Shown here: positions 49,891-64,000 of the stretch, piece after piece | Layout: the number at the start of each line of letters is the position of its first letter | How positions within the stretch are numbered: position 1 is the first letter of the stretch | DNA from: Macrostomum lignano | Lineage: Eukaryota | DNA: 64,000 bases | Reading direction: 5' to 3' | NCBI GenBank assembly: GCA_002269645.1 | Contig: NIVC01000452.1 | Coordinates: forward strand, 124,001 to 188,000 | The notes under the pieces: model-generated | What the model was told of the DNA's origin: nothing | Seen by the model: the letters and a program-made list of their open reading frames with translations, nothing else | The model's database searches: none | Translations under genes and position numbers: made by a program

Positions 49891-52800
49891 ATTTGGGTTG
49901 CACTATTGTGCTAGGAGAGCTTTAAGCGCTCTCTCTCTCGCTACTGTGCAACGGGTGGTTAGTGCGCCAATCTGGCACAGAGAATTAATAATATTCAGTG
50001 AGGCACTGTATCGGTTAGGCAGTTTAAGCTGTGGGTAGAAACGGAGATCAACAATCATGTATATTCACAGACGGGGTGCATATATTGCTATTAGCTAGTT
50101 TCAGGAGCTAAATCCTCAGTGTAGATCTATACATGTTAGCAATTTTTGTGTTTTCTCTTCTTGTTTTCATAAAAAAATTGTCAGCCTTGGCCGACCAATC
50201 AGCGAAGAGGATCGTTACTATAGTAGCGATTGTTATTGCCTGGAGCAGTGCGACTTTCTTGTTGTAAGTCTGGGAACTTTTTTATTAATTATTAATTTTG
50301 TTCGGTCGTTTGCACTAAACAAACGGAAATATTAAGTCCTCAGCTGACTTGCCTCATTTAAACCTAATTAGCATATTCCTGTGCCACTCTGTGTCAAGTG
50401 GCACAGGTAAAAGCATTTATATTTGCACTTGCACTACGCAATCATTAATTATCTAGTTCTGGAATATCTAGATTAGCGAATTAAGGACTGCAGTTAATTT
50501 AGACTCGATCTCGATTTCCGTCAAGGGAGTCGGGACTGCAGTTAATAGAGACGCTATGGGGGTCAGGGGAGTCGGGACTGCAGTTAATAGAGACCCTATT
50601 TGTGTCAGGGGAGTCAGGACTGCAGTTAATAGAGACCCTATTTGTGTCAGGGGAGTCAGGACTGCAGTCAGTGGAGGCTCCATGGACGTCCTTAATCGCG
50701 CCTTCAGATCTAAAAAATGTCGTGCGAGAGAAATTGGAAGAATATAAAAATAGCTTTTCATAGTTTCAGCCGCAATTTCTGTTTATAAAATATTGACGCA
50801 ACTGTACATGGCTTAAGTCGCAGATTCCACGCGAACTGTGTACATCCTGTCCAGCTTATTGCATTTTTAATGATTTAGTGAAGTTCGTTTTCAAATATAT
50901 CTAGCTGTGTCCGAAAGCATCTATACACTTTGTATATGAAGTGGCTAGCTAAAGAAATTTATCTAATCTTTAAAACTTACAATTATTCTACTATTATAGA
51001 TTGACCTGAAAACAGCGTGCCAACAATCGAGCCAGTTGTCGAGCATGGACTCGAGTATCACCCTAGGCCTTGCTGAGGACAGTGTCAGGCTGGTAAGATT
51101 ACTGGTGTACAATTTGACTTTATTTTTAGTTCTGTTATTGCAGTCACATAGCCTGTGTATCTATCAAGAACTGGTGAACCTTCTTGCTAGCTGGGTTAAG
51201 CTTGTTCTTTAAACTCTCAAAATGAGGTGCTGCCTCTGCAACTCATCAGCGATTCCCCTCTACTGATCAAGAATCGCCCCTCTACTGATCAAGAATCGTC
51301 CCTCTACTGATCAAGAATCGCCCCTCTACTGATCAAGAATCGCCCCTCTACTGATCAAGAACCGAAATTTGCAATCATTAGCCCTTGGCTCGCGTTGGTT
51401 TCAGCAGCAGCGCAGCTCCCTGGACCTGTCGGACGAGGCCTCGTCGTCGACCTACTCGGACAGCTGCTGCGAGCTGGAGGACAGTGACAATGACTTCTGC
51501 GATGCGTCGGCGGAGACGGGTGCATCCTTCGGCGTCACCGCCCGCAGCTCGTTGCTGTTAGCTCTGGCCAAGCCGCCGGGCCAGCGATCGCCCAGCGAAG
51601 TCGAGCTGCTGCACCAGGCCACTCGCTGCATGCCGGCGTTTGCCAATTTCAACGAAACTGTCCAACGCCGACTGTCGGCCGGCCTGGCCCTGGCCTCGCT
51701 GGATCAACTTTCCGTGCCGTCAAACTCCTGGTCAGTGATCCTGGACGGCCTGGTCGAATTGACGACGCCCACCATGTCTGACGGTGAAGCTGACGCGGTG
51801 CACCGTCGGCTAGGCCCAGGCGACTGCTTGGACGCTAGGCTGCTGGCCGGCGAGGCTCGCGCTGTCGGCCCCAACTGCCGGCTGGCCTACCTGGCCTTGG
51901 ACGATTACCTGGCCGCCGTGGAGACGGCTGGCGCGGACGAGGCCGACGGCCGTGCGGTGCTGCGCAAGAATGGACAGGTGGGAATAGTTCAATGGTGTTT
52001 TTAACATCCCAGCTCCTCAGTCATTAACCGCCACCCTCCCAGATCCTCAGTCATTAACCGCCACCCTCTCAGATCTTCAGTAATTAACCGCCACTCTCCC
52101 AGATCCTCAGTCATTAACCGCCACTCTCCCAGATCCTCAGTCATTAACCGCCACCCTCCCAGATCCTCAGTCATTAACCGCCACCCTCCCAGATCCTCAG
52201 TCATTAACCGCCACCCTCTCAGATCTTCAGTAATTAACCGCCACTCTCCCAGATCCTCAGTCATTAACCGCCACCCTCCCAGATCCTCAGTCATTACCTC
52301 CCAGATCCTCAGTCATTACCTCCCAGATCCTCAGTCATTACCTCCCAGATCCTCAGTCATTAACCGCCACCCTCCCAGATTCTCAGTCATTAGTCAAATA
52401 TGCTTAAACTGCAGTCTTAAGCGTTTAGTCGCAGTTCCCTGATTGTCTTGTTAAAACGAATTGTGAATATTGTGATGTACTTCTGTACATACGAAGTAAC
52501 TACATCAACAAGCCCTATCCGCCGGCCCAGGTCGTGCTGGTCAAGGAGGCCGACCCAAGCCGGGATGGCGTGCTCTGCGTGACCAGCGGCACTCCGGCTG
52601 CCCTCCTCGACGAGCTGCTTTCAACAAGCGCCGCCAACGTCGATGCGAGCTTCGCCGACGACCTCTTGCTGACGCGTCTAGCCTTTGTCAGCGACCTGGC
52701 CCTGGCCGACCGGCTGCTGCTGGCGCTGGCCGACCCGCCACAGCCAGACTGCGCGCCCAGCGCCGCATGGGAGCGAGCCGAACGTGTCCTACTCCAATGG

Positions 52801-55800
52801 GTCGGCGGGCATCTCGTCGACATGTCCGACCGTCGCCTCCTGCACAGGCTAGCCGGGCTGGAGGCCCGTCTAACAGGCCGTCTGGGCCCGCAGCATCTGA
52901 TGCGGCTGGCCTGCTCCTCCGGGGCTGCCGAACGCCGAGTTACCTGCCGCCGCGACCGCGGCCTCGACTTCTTGCTGCTAGGGAGTGGCGGAGGCGGCGA
53001 CAGCTTCTGCTTTGTGTCCGGCCTTGCCGCGCCAACTGGCGATGAGGACGACAGCTGCCTGATTGACGATGAAGGGTGGGCAGTCCGAAATTTTTAGGGA
53101 GCATCCCACCGGTCCTCCCACCACCGTATCACCTCTCATCCCATCGCCATCCCACCCCATACCCATTCCATTCCTATCCCATCGCCATCCCATCGCCATC
53201 TCATCACCATCCCATCACCATCCCATCGCCAACCCATCATCATCTCATCGCCATCCCACCCCATACCCATTCCATTCCTATCCCATCGCCATCCCATCGC
53301 CATCTCATCACCATCCCATCACCATCCCATCGCCAACCCATCATCATCTCATCGCCATCCCACCCCATACCCATTCCATTCCTATCCCATCGCCATCCCA
53401 TCACCATATTATCGCCATCCCATCATCATCTCATCACTATTCCATCATAACATCGCACCATCCCAACGCCATCCCATCAAGATCCCGTCAATTCCGCATT
53501 CACTCCGCAGCCGCCTGCTGCAGCCGCTGATGCTGGGCGATCGTGTACTGCAACTCGATGACCAGCCCGTTGATCCAGACCGGCTGTCCAACGGTGCAGC
53601 TGGCGAATTGCTGCATCTCACTGTGCGCTGGGATCCACTGCAATACCATCGAGCCCTGGCGTCTATGACTGCGGCAGCCTCTGTAAGCCGCTGGCACTTG
53701 TAGATAGTTTTGGACACAATTGGGAGAATCTTATTTAAAACAGCCACCTAATAAATGCAGAAGCAACGATAATTGAAAGTTTACCCCTATGTGTCAGATA
53801 GGAAGTCGCAGATGTCTGCATACTCCGTGTTTACAGATTATTCATATTTGACAATCGGTATAGAATTCCTAAAATCCTATACTTATGGAAAATTTGATAC
53901 TTAAAGGAAATATGAATTATAGAAAACTCAAATTAAATGGCATCCATCTGCCAAAAATCAGGATGCCAAAATCAGTGTGGCTAAGTTCAATTCAAACCAG
54001 CGCCATTGTTGATTAATTGATTTTGGCTCAAGACACCCAAGGCGCACGTTTACCCACAATACACACCGGCCATAAATCATAACTGGCAATAAATAAATCG
54101 TACACTAGCGATTCAACAAATGCTTTGCACCGCCCGACCTCGCAGATCCTGCGCACCATCAGCTGCAGCCCGCCCGCGCATCAGCCGCCGCCGTCGCAGC
54201 TGCCAGTTCGTCAGGTCTCGATGCCAGCCAGCCTGGCAACAACAGCGGAGCGACAGCTAGCAGCGCCTCGGCCGGCGCCGGCGGCACTAGCTGACAGGGC
54301 TGTCCGGGTTTACCGTCATGACGGCCAGTCTCGGACAGTGCCAGTTGGCCGGGACACTCCCGCCGGCGTGGCGGCCGCTCTAGCCGCTAGAGAATTCGGC
54401 GTTGCCGGGGTAGATTACGCCTGCTGGCAGCTGGTTGAAGTCTGCGCCAGCCTGCCCGGACCGGCGCTGCGTAGGCGAGCTCTGCAAGACAGCGTCACCG
54501 ATCTGGACGGTCGACTGCCGGTTGGCGGCCGGTATTATCTGAGACGGGCCGACGAACCCATTGATCAGTGCTTAACTGATAAAACTGAGGCGCTTCAATT
54601 GGCCAGAGAGGCTGCTGTTGACCTGCTGCAGGTGAGCTAATTTATTACATTTACAAATGTACTCTTATTGTGTATTTTGAAAAGTACTCTTACTGCGTAT
54701 TTGGATATTTATTTTTGCTGTGCATTCGAGAATGTACGTTTACTGTGTACTTGTAAAAATGTACTTTTAATGTCATTTAGAAATTTACGAGCGTACTCTT
54801 ACTGCGTATTTAAATATGTATTTTTAATGTGTTTTTGAAAATGCAATTACTGCGTGCTCAGCTTGCTGTGTACTTTAGAATTGTACATGCAGGCTTTCTG
54901 CTTTCTCAGAAATTTATTGTGGTTTCTATATGTTTTACTTTGGCGGGTATAGATGCTGCAATTGAGCGGCTGTTCTATGGTGTGTACGGCTTGTGCTGAA
55001 ACTGTGGAAGTTTGCAACCTCCAAGCTTCTATATATTATGCTTTATACTAACCGCGGCCACTTGGCTTAACCTGCAGCATTGAGGGCAAATCTGTCTGTA
55101 AAACTAAAGTACAATTTCACATAAAGTCGAAAAGGTCTCAGTGTATGAATTGCGCAATCTACAGCGTCCTGCAGTGTCAACTAAGGGAAACTATAAGGTC
55201 ATAACACTGGCTCAAACTAACTCTTAATTATCTTTATTAACTCAACTAAACTCGAATTGCTGTTGAAATCGATCCTATTGCCAGACACTAGGACAGTGCT
55301 GTAACCAAACACTAGTTAGTCGGCTTTCAGACTAGTTAAAGTTTTGCTTTCGCACGATTATGACAATAAAATTTGGCATTTATTGCGAATTCACTGTTGG
55401 AATTCAAACCAATAGCTAGTATAAAATATTCTTAGAACGTAGGATGCAACGATTTCACTTCAAAATTTAAACATTAGCCAAGCAAACTTGGCTAATATTA
55501 TTGCATTGCAAATGTTTATTTAAAACCTTATTTAAACAAGCTGACCTTTGGCACGTTACGAAACACTGGCATTAGCTAATTATCATTTAGCTACTTGTAA
55601 AAATATGTTTGTGTCCTCGACTCTTCGTTGAACAAGATAATATTTTTTCCAGTTCTAAAATTCCAAATTGCCAGTAGCTGAACAGCTGAACTTTTTAAGT
55701 CTGAAAGTTTCTAAAATGGTGCAGTTGGCTAAGAAAAAACATGTTCAACATTGCAAGACCGTGCCAATAAAACGCAACATTAACCAAGTGGAGTTAGCAA

Positions 55801-58208
55801 AGAAGACGCAAAAACAATTGAGAAATTGGTATAGGACTGCATCGAAACAAAAAAAACTAGGGAAAATGTGGCAGAGACATGAATAAATAGGGTGAGACTT
55901 TACAATGCAATGGAAGCAGGGCCCAGGATGCATAGCTGTGGATTCGGTGAAGTGGAATCAGTGCCGTGGATTTAGTGTCGTGTGTTCAGTGCCGTGGAAT
56001 CAGTGCCGCGGAATCAGTGTCATGGAATCAGTGCCGTGGAATCAGTGTCGTTGAATCAGTGTCGTGGAATCAGTGCCGTGGAATCAGTGTCGTGGAATCA
56101 GTGTCGTTGAATCAGTGTCGTGGAATCAGTGCCGTGGAATCAGTGTCATGGAATCAGTGCCGTGGAATCAGTGTCGTTGAATCAGTGTCGTGGAATCAGT
56201 GCCGTGGAATCAGTGTCGTGTAATCAGTGCCGTGGAATCAGTGCCGTATAATCAGTACCGTATAATCAGTGCCGTGGAATCAGTGCCGTGGAATCAGTGT
56301 CGTGGAATCAGTGCCGTGGAATCAGTGTCGTGGAATCAGTGTCGTGGAATCAGTGCCGTGGAATCAGTGCCGTGGAATCAGTGTCGTGGAATCAGTGCCG
56401 TGGAATCAGTGCCGTGGAATCAGTGTCGTGGAATCAGTGCCGTGGAATCAGTGCCGTGGAATCAGTGTCGTTGAATCAGTGCCGTTGAATCAGTGTCGTT
56501 GAATCAGTGTCGTGGAATCAGTGCCGTGGAATCAGTGCCGTGGAATCAGTGTCGTTGAATCAGTGTCGTGGAATCAGTGCCGTGGAATCAGTGTCGTGGA
56601 ATCAGTGCCGTATAATCAGTGCCGTGGAATCAGTATCGTTGAATCAGTGTCATGGAAGCAGTGCCGTGGATTCAGTGTTGTTGAATCAGTGTTGTTGAAT
56701 CAGCGCCGTGGATTCGGTGTCATGGAATCTGTGTCGTGGATTCAGTATCGTTGAATCAGTGTCATGGAAGCAGTGCCGTGGATTCAGTGTTGTTGAATCA
56801 GCGCCGTGGATTCGGTGTCGTTGAATCAGTGTCGTGGAAGCAGTGCCGTGGATTCAGTGCCGTTGAATCAGTATTGTTGAATCAGCGCCGTGGATTCAGT
56901 GTCGTTGAATCAGCGCCAAACAGGTGTTTGATCGAGCACAGACAATATAAAAGATTCCAAGCTTGTCTTTACATTCGAAACAGAATATAGTAACTACTAC
57001 CGAATACACTTTTATTTGCTTTATTAACTTTCTATTATACTAACAAAAGGCCGAAAATGCATTAAAAGCCAATAGACGGTGTTTTTATGAGTAGAGCGAG
57101 AATAGAGAATGGAGTGCCAGTTTTACAGAGACTAGGGGAAATTATTCCCATTGCAATAATTTTATTGGAGGAAAAGAGATCAATTGGAAAATTGCTATTT
57201 TTTCATCCCTCCAACCCCCAGCTCGATCCTCGCCGCCTCGCCCAGCTGCTCACCGAGTCCGACGCGGAGGCGCACCGGCAAATCCGTCCCGCAGACCTGG
57301 TGCTGTGGTGGCTCGGCAACCGCGATGGCAGCAGCTACAAATCCTTGACCGCTTTTCGTCGGCTAATCCGGCTGGCCGAGGCCACGTCCGGCTGGCCGGG
57401 GCGCGAACTCGCGACCTGCGGCGGTGCCAACATCGAAGCCAGCGAGCAGCGCCGTCGCGACCGGATTCTGAAGCGCCTGGTCCGCGTAGCCCTGGAGTGC
57501 CACCGGTTGCGGAACCTGTGCTCTGCCACCAGCCTGGCCCTCGGCCTGGCCGCCTGTCAGCCTGCCGGCTGGGAGCGCCGACTGCCCCGGCCGCTGCGGA
57601 CCGCTTGGCAGGACCGGCTGGCCAGCCTGGCCGACGTGTCCATGAACCACGCTGGCTACCGAATGCAGCTGCTGGAGGCTGCCGGCCCGGCCACTGTGCC
57701 GCACCCGGCCGTGCTCTGCAAAGATCTGACGTCGCTTCGGGAGGCCGGCGGCAAGTCCGACAGCGGGCTGGTCAATTTCTATCGACTGCGCCTGGTGGCC
57801 AATCTGGCGCGCTCCTTCTGCCGACAGCGACTGCCGCCGCCTCTGCCGACTCCGCCGGCTTTGTCTACGCCGACTCCTCCGCCGACGCCTACGTCGATAG
57901 AGGAGCGACTTCCATCAGTGACGACGGCTCAGCAGCAGCAGGGCGTCGCAGACTCCAGCAAGTCTTCTTCGTCGGCGTCTTCGATTGCTTCGTCGAACTC
58001 GTCCGGTGTGTCCGTCAGCTCCCCGGTGCGCGAGGCCCGCCGTCTAGCCAGTCGGCTCCTGCTGATTGGCCGGCCGAGCCCGCCTGGTTGCGGCGGCGGC
58101 GGTGGCGTCGGCTTACGACGTCGGCAGTTGCTGTGCGATGAGTCGCTAGCTGAGAAGCGACTTTCAGCTTATGTGCAGCGAATGGTGCATCCCAATGGCA
58201 TTGTTTAA
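49891..58208 (+). CDS. RAPGEF2: PDZ-GEF (RAPGEF2/6-like), copy 2
   Basis: Exons 50185-50263, 51000-51092, 51405-51977, 52531-53075, 53511-53682, 54146-54631, 57222-58208. Open frame; visible differences from copy 1 are S>G, A>T, A>V and D>H. Confidence 0.88.
52016..52392. repeat. 30-bp minisatellite expanded to ~12 units, including 20-bp variants
   Basis: Same unit as 24826-24964. Confidence 0.93.
55937..56915. repeat. 14-bp satellite, ~70 units (copy 2)
   Basis: Same array as 29404-31095 without the 714-bp duplication. Confidence 0.96.
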
Positions 58209-59191
58209 CGAGTTCTTTTTAGAATGCCTCTAAATACAATTTACACCATACATACTACTACTAAGTTTAAAGCTGTTTTAAGTAGTATTACTAGCGCATG
58301 GACGGCTTAAGTTTTGTTTTTTTTGCTTGTAGGCTTCTTAATGCTTAAAATTGCATTTTTGTGTTCGTTTTCAACTCGCTTGTCTTCCATTCTCTAGAAA
58401 CGTGTACTTTTCCACGAAGTCAATATCACTCGCTGCATTTTCAATAGACAGTGTCCTAAAATTTGAGTCTTCCTATTATTCAATCCACTTCAATAAATAA
58501 CTGACTTGTGTAAGCAACAAATTTAACTATTTTAAACCCAGAAAATGTTTTAAAGTACCGCTACTCATTTTGCAAATTTTAATTTTTGACGTTTGGAATC
58601 TCTTATTACGGTAGGAACCATATATATTTTGACACTTCAATACGATTCATTTAAGAGAAGAACGTTTTGTTTATATTGGTGCTTAGACACTGCAAAGAAG
58701 CTTTATTATGTTTGGTAACATTTATTTAGCTTTTTTATTCGGTTAGTCTGTAATATTGAATGTTGTAACTACTGATTGAGGGCTATGAGTTAGAGGCTCA
58801 TGTAAGAACCAAGACCACAGGCGGCTAGAGTAGAAAAGCCGTTACAGTCGCAGTTGATCGAATTTCGCTGGAGGCCATGAAGATTTTAGCACTAAACTCA
58901 CATTATGAGTCTGAGTTGCACTCGCAAGGTTTTCAGAGCTGTTTCTCTAATAATTCTTTTTTAATTTGTTTCCTCGACCAACTTGCATTGTGCAACGAAA
59001 ATCGGCCTCCAGCGACATTTGCTAGTGCAGCGGAATTCTGCTTCAGCTGCCCATGTCTCTAGCTTGTACGATCGTATTATTATTAGTGGTGCCTGCGTTG
59101 AGGTAACGAAAGTCTTTATGGGGTTTCAAAAGTCTTTATGAAGTTTCAATACCTTTAATCACGTGACGGTCTCCAGTCACTGGCCAACTGT

Positions 59192-59863
59192 TTAGAAGGC
59201 CGGACCGTTGAGCTGGGACTCGATATGTTTCAGCTCCCGAGCCAGCTGGCACATGGTGCACGGGCCGCAAAAGTAGGAGCAGCAGCAGTCCTTAATAACG
59301 CTGCCCTCGATGTTGTACCGAGTGCGCAGCTTCAGTCGGTACATCATCAGAGTATCCGGTACGCAGAACGGCGTGCAGCAGTGCTCGTTCATTCGTTTAG
59401 AGATGCTGCAGGTTAGGTACCAGAAGCCGCAAAATAATGAGCAGACGCAGGAGGTGCAGTCCTCGAAGCAGCCGCAGGTGCCGGTGCTCCATTCCCTCTC
59501 TTGCTGCTTTCCTGCAGTGATGTTCAGGTTGTTACATGTGATGATGTCTTTTGACGAGTGTGTAACCAAAACTAGGGACCCCGACCCTAGAACTGGATTA
59601 AGGCTGGCAAGGCCCAGCCTCAGATAATTTAAACCTTATTTATCGTATTAAGAGTTGACATTCAATACTCGTATTTAGCCTTGTCCTTGTCCTTTTTCCA
59701 GAATTCACCTTAAAAGTCACTGCAGCCTGTGGCAATGTGTAGATAAAGAAACAGTAATAGCACTAAATTCAAATCACTTACCAATCGATACGGGCTGCCC
59801 GGTCTGCACAAAAGTCGCTTCCGGCTGGCTGGTCACCACGTACTGCACCTGTTGTTTCTGCAT
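59192..59863 (-). CDS. PLAC8/cornifelin-family protein, copy 2
   Basis: Exons 59863-59782 and 59511-59192. Differs from copy 1 by CVPDT versus CVSDT. Confidence 0.93.
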
Positions 59864-60560
59864 ATCGAGCAGTTAGCTAGCGCGAGTCTACTCAAGTGAG
59901 CCGTGAAAGAAAAGCGCCTTAAAAATTTTAAGAGAACGTCATAAATGTAGAAATTCTTTCCTGGGCTGGGTGGGTGGTGGGCGCATCTCGCTGCGAGGCA
60001 GCCGCACCCTAATAGACAGCTGCACCCAAAAAGCTCGTCGTGACCTTTTTACCAACAGGCATTATTTGACAGTGTAAATTTAAGGGCAAGCAGCAGCAGC
60101 AGACAGACAAGAGGGCTCTGTTAAAGACTGTTCGAATGGCCTCTGCTTTTGAATTGTTTTTACGAGCGTAAAAGTAACCAAACATGCGACGTGCGCGCCT
60201 TACGTTAAGCCGTGGTTGCGCGCATTTCCTATTTTTTTCTACCCTGAGGCAGTAGCTGCAGACATCTACAATAACTATATGAGCTAGCAAAAATGATGTC
60301 ATCTAATTTAGACAGCATACGTCGTGTAGTAGCTAGTCGCGGCGCTGTCTCTCTTTAACTCGCAATATTTTTAATTTCCAAGATTGCAGCCTTACATTGT
60401 GCTTTCACTATGGACAGCTCAGGCACTCCAATTTCACTGGAATTTCAAATTATTTGTCCAGTGGGTTAAGCGAGGGCTGCTTTAATGGTTCGTGGAAAAA
60501 GACACTTCAATAATTTATCTGCATACACCCACCTAATGAGACTTCTCAACATAGTTTCCA

Positions 60561-60821
60561 GACAGAGTCATACATTTCTTCATCCGATAAAAGCATGCTA
60601 TATAAAACAGTCTCTTAATTTCACCTGAGTGACAGCTTCCAGCTCCTTGCGAGAATCAAAGCGCTTTCCTTTGAGCTTCTTCTTGATCCTCGGACAGAAG
60701 AAGTCAACAGGAGCGAGGTCGGGCGAGTAGGCTGGAGATATGGCAGCAGAGTCGATGCCAGATCCTCTTATCACCCTGGCTCGGTGAGCTGCATGGTGCG
60801 TTGTCATGGTGCAGGAAAATG
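60561..60821 (-). pseudogene. Mariner transposase remnant, copy 2
   Basis: Duplicate of 34740-35000 (YSPDLAP motif). Confidence 0.85.
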
Positions 60822-62445
60822 GTACCTACGCGGTCTCTTGTTTTTGGCAAGGACCACTAGGAGCACTTTATTTCATGATTTTGTCGTATTATTACATGTA
60901 GGACTGTAGGTTATTAGTTTTTCTTACATTTACTTATGACTATAGGCTAGGCCTATATTCTTGTCAAGAAGCTGAAAATTGACATTAAAAAGGTTTCAAC
61001 ACATCCTCTGAAATGCCACTGAAAAAAACACGTAAAGTTTCACTTCATTTGCATAAAAGGAAGTTTTATTTTCCCATATAATATTTATAAGAATGAGCTA
61101 TAAATTCTCAAGGACTACTAAAGTAGAAGGACGGGAAACTACGTTTCTTAGAAAATGCTTATGAGGCTGGTTTTCGCCGAGAAGTACTCATTTATGGAAG
61201 TTTTCATTTTTCAGCGCAAAAATTGCTACTGCTTTCGATAGGAGGCAGGCAGACCCAGTATTCATATTTTGATATGTTGTGCCTTCTTATAGGAATAGCT
61301 CTATTGGTATTCATAAAGTTTTTTGTTTAGAAAATTAGAATTACGAGTATGTCAAATTCTTTTATTCTACGTAGTTCCTGTGCCTAAAATCATAATAACG
61401 CATGGCACAGCTCTGGTTTTATGGATCTATTTTATCATCTCTGTTACACATTGACACAATGGGCTAAGAAGTCTTATATCAATACAGCTATAAAAGATGA
61501 ACATTAGATCTGCCTGATCCTATCGAAAGCAATAACAATTCTTTTTCTGAAATAACGAAAACTTCCTATCTCCGCAGTGTATTTTTTCGGCGAAAACCAG
61601 CCTTTTAAATATTTTCTATGTAACGTTTCCTGTCCTACTCGAGTAGTCCTTGTAAATTCTGTAGCGAATAGCGATCCAGCGCGCCAATTGAGTGACTTTG
61701 GGCACGTCATATCCCGGATGAAAAGGCATTAAAAAATAAACAAGCTGACAAAACATAACGAGAAGCATCCTCATCAATTGTGTAGTTTCTTTCCAACACT
61801 TTGATTTAATAATAGAACTCATATTCATATTTAGCGTAGAAAGTTATTCAAGTTTTACATTATACGTACTACTCGGTGCGTGTTTTAATATAATCATTGC
61901 CACTTATAATGAATTCATGACTGTGAAAGGTGTGGCCGACAGCCAGAAACGACTCAACAGGTATAATAAACAATATTTTATGCTCAAAATTAGCAATTTT
62001 CAGACAAAAATCGAAAAGCTAAATGGAATCTAATCTACGAGTAGCTCAACAAATCAGCAATACAGGGCCATTGAAAATACAAAAAGCACAAAGTACTCTT
62101 ATTATAAAGAAGTTGCTTGATTCAAATTTGATCGTCAGAACAATTACTCGTAGTTACGAGCGTATAATTGCACAGAGCCTTGAATTTCATCTGAATAGCA
62201 GTAGGTTAAACATTCCAGAGTTTTTTTACATGTTGGAAATATTTTTGTAAGATTGAGTGATGGCATAAAAACCAATATTATATTTTTTTTCGACACTGAA
62301 TAAGAGCTTATCAACAAGAAAGAATAATGTCATAATTCGAAAGGGATAATAAGAAAATGTGTATTAATAGCTAAATTAGAGTACTCACAAATTTATCCGT
62401 ACTTCTAGGGGTTAAAACGGTGGTAAAGACCATGATTGCACACTG

Positions 62446-63075
62446 CACAGTCCTGGCCAAGGCCAACTAGCGGTGTACATTGGGGCAGGGGATATAAAGA
62501 GGGCCGTTGCACAGTCCTGGCCAAGGCCAACTAGCGGGTGTACATTGGGGCAGGGGTTATAAAGAGGGCCGTTGCACAGTCCTGGCCAAGGCCAACTAGC
62601 GGGTGTACATTGGGGCAGGGGTTATAAAGAGGGCCGTTGCACAGTCCTAACCAACTAGTGGGTGTACATTGGGGCAGGGGTTATAAAGAGGGCCGTTGCA
62701 CAGTCCTGGCCAACTAGTGGGTGTACATTGGGGCAGGGGTTATAAAGAGGGCCGTTGCACAGTCCTAACCAACTAGTGGGTGTACATTGGGGCAGGGGTT
62801 ATAAAGAGGGCCGTTGCACAGTCCTAACCAACTAGTGGGTGTACATTGGGGCAGGGGTTATAAAGAGGGCCGTTGCACAGTCCTAACCAACTAGTGGGTG
62901 TACATTGGGGCAGGGGTTATAAAGAGGGCCGTTGCACAGTCCTGGCCAACTAGTGGGTGTACATTGGGGCAGGGGTTATAAAGAGGGCCGTTGCACAGTC
63001 CTGGCAACTAGTGGTGTACATTGGGGCAGGGGTTATAAAGAGGGCCGTTGCACAGTCCTGGCCAACTAGTGGGTA
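62446..63075. repeat. 59-64-bp minisatellite, ~10.5 copies
   Basis: Paralog of 36632-37065. Confidence 0.95.
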
Positions 63076-63968
63076 CACTAGGGTAGTGGCTGTAATGTAG
63101 GCCGCTGCAAACGGCGATAAATTTAAAGCAACTAATTAACAACAATGGAAGTTAAATTGATCATATAGGCTGGAACAGGGTTATAAAGAAAATGAACGTT
63201 TAACACAGTCCAATGGAAAACAGTGGGTGTACATTGGCAAAGTAAATATATATATATAAAGATATATATTTTTATATTATACTTTTTCACATGATAAGTT
63301 CCTCACCTATAATCAAGACCAGAGCAGAATTACTAGCACATTCATATATATTTATGGGCGTACAAAAAGTTAAACCGGTTGAGAACAAAAAAACAAAGAA
63401 ACAAACAAATTATTATTTATTCGACGAGATCCCAGAAGGAAAACACACAATTAGCTCACTCTAATAGTGGTAATATGTTTATTTATATATCACCACTAGT
63501 AAAAGTACAAACTTGTGATGTACTTTAAAGGAAACTAAGGGCCTTTTTACTTAAATATAAACTGGTCGACATAAATTGCGCTTAATTAATCAATAGGTCA
63601 TTAACGCATAACTACTCGTATATGCGCCACTCAGTGCAAATTTTTGTGTAAGCTACTTTCAACTCAGTAGAAAGTTAAGCATTTTAATGTATTTAAGGAC
63701 AAGACTCTAATTAGCCCTGTTTTATTGCCTTCCTCAGAGTTCCAGCCTTAAGCTGCCTGCCATGTACATTCTCAGCGGCGCTAGTTAATGTACATTAACG
63801 GCTGCGCCAATAGCAAGCCGTTTTCCGGCTGCACGTCACTCCAACCGCCTTTCTTATTATAAAATATTTTGCACATGCTTCTTTACTACTGCACTGAAAG
63901 TCATAGAAACTGCTAGGCCAAGCCAATATGCCTAACTGGCCCATCCAGCTATTAAACACTATCTGTGA

Positions 63969-64000
63969 TCAGTAGCGACCGCCGCCGCCGGTGAAAGCGG
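63969..64000 (-). CDS. SCAMP: 3' end of SCAMP last exon, copy 2 (partial)
   Basis: Identical to 38089-38120 (..[10 protein letters not shown] stop). Confidence 0.85.
   Translation of the reverse strand, partial: AFTGGGGRY

Larger units (their letters stand above)
44532..64000 (+). repeat. Segmental tandem duplication, copy 2 (runs off the window end)
   Basis: Collinear with 16978-38120. It lacks the Gypsy insertion and the 208-bp hairpin insertion, and has an extra 256 bp at 55673-55928. Confidence 0.93.

Overview
Animal (metazoan) genomic DNA. GC- and CpG-rich exons sit among AT-rich introns full of minisatellites; the style resembles the flatworm Macrostomum (inference only). Most long ORFs in the supplied track are translated tandem repeats. 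The real genes are spliced and I reconstructed them by hand from GT/AG sites and frame continuity: GOT1/GOLT1 (-), a LAPTM-like four-TM protein (-), a PDZ-GEF/RAPGEF2-6-like gene (+), a PLAC8/cornifelin-family gene (-) and SCAMP (-). About 16978-44531 is repeated in tandem from 44532 to beyond the window end. Best leads: (1) a 2.8-kb TIR/8-bp-TSD foldback element carrying two convergent copies of a catalytically deleted Crypton-type tyrosine-recombinase ORF; (2) a duplication junction that places LAPTM-like exon 1 in frame upstream of a SCAMP gene lacking its own first exon; (3) CpA/CpG-to-TpA hypermutation in repeat-derived blocks; (4) a Gypsy LTR-gag fragment integrated with inverted rather than direct ends. 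No CRISPR, rRNA or convincing tRNA gene. All alignments and counts were done by eye and are approximate.
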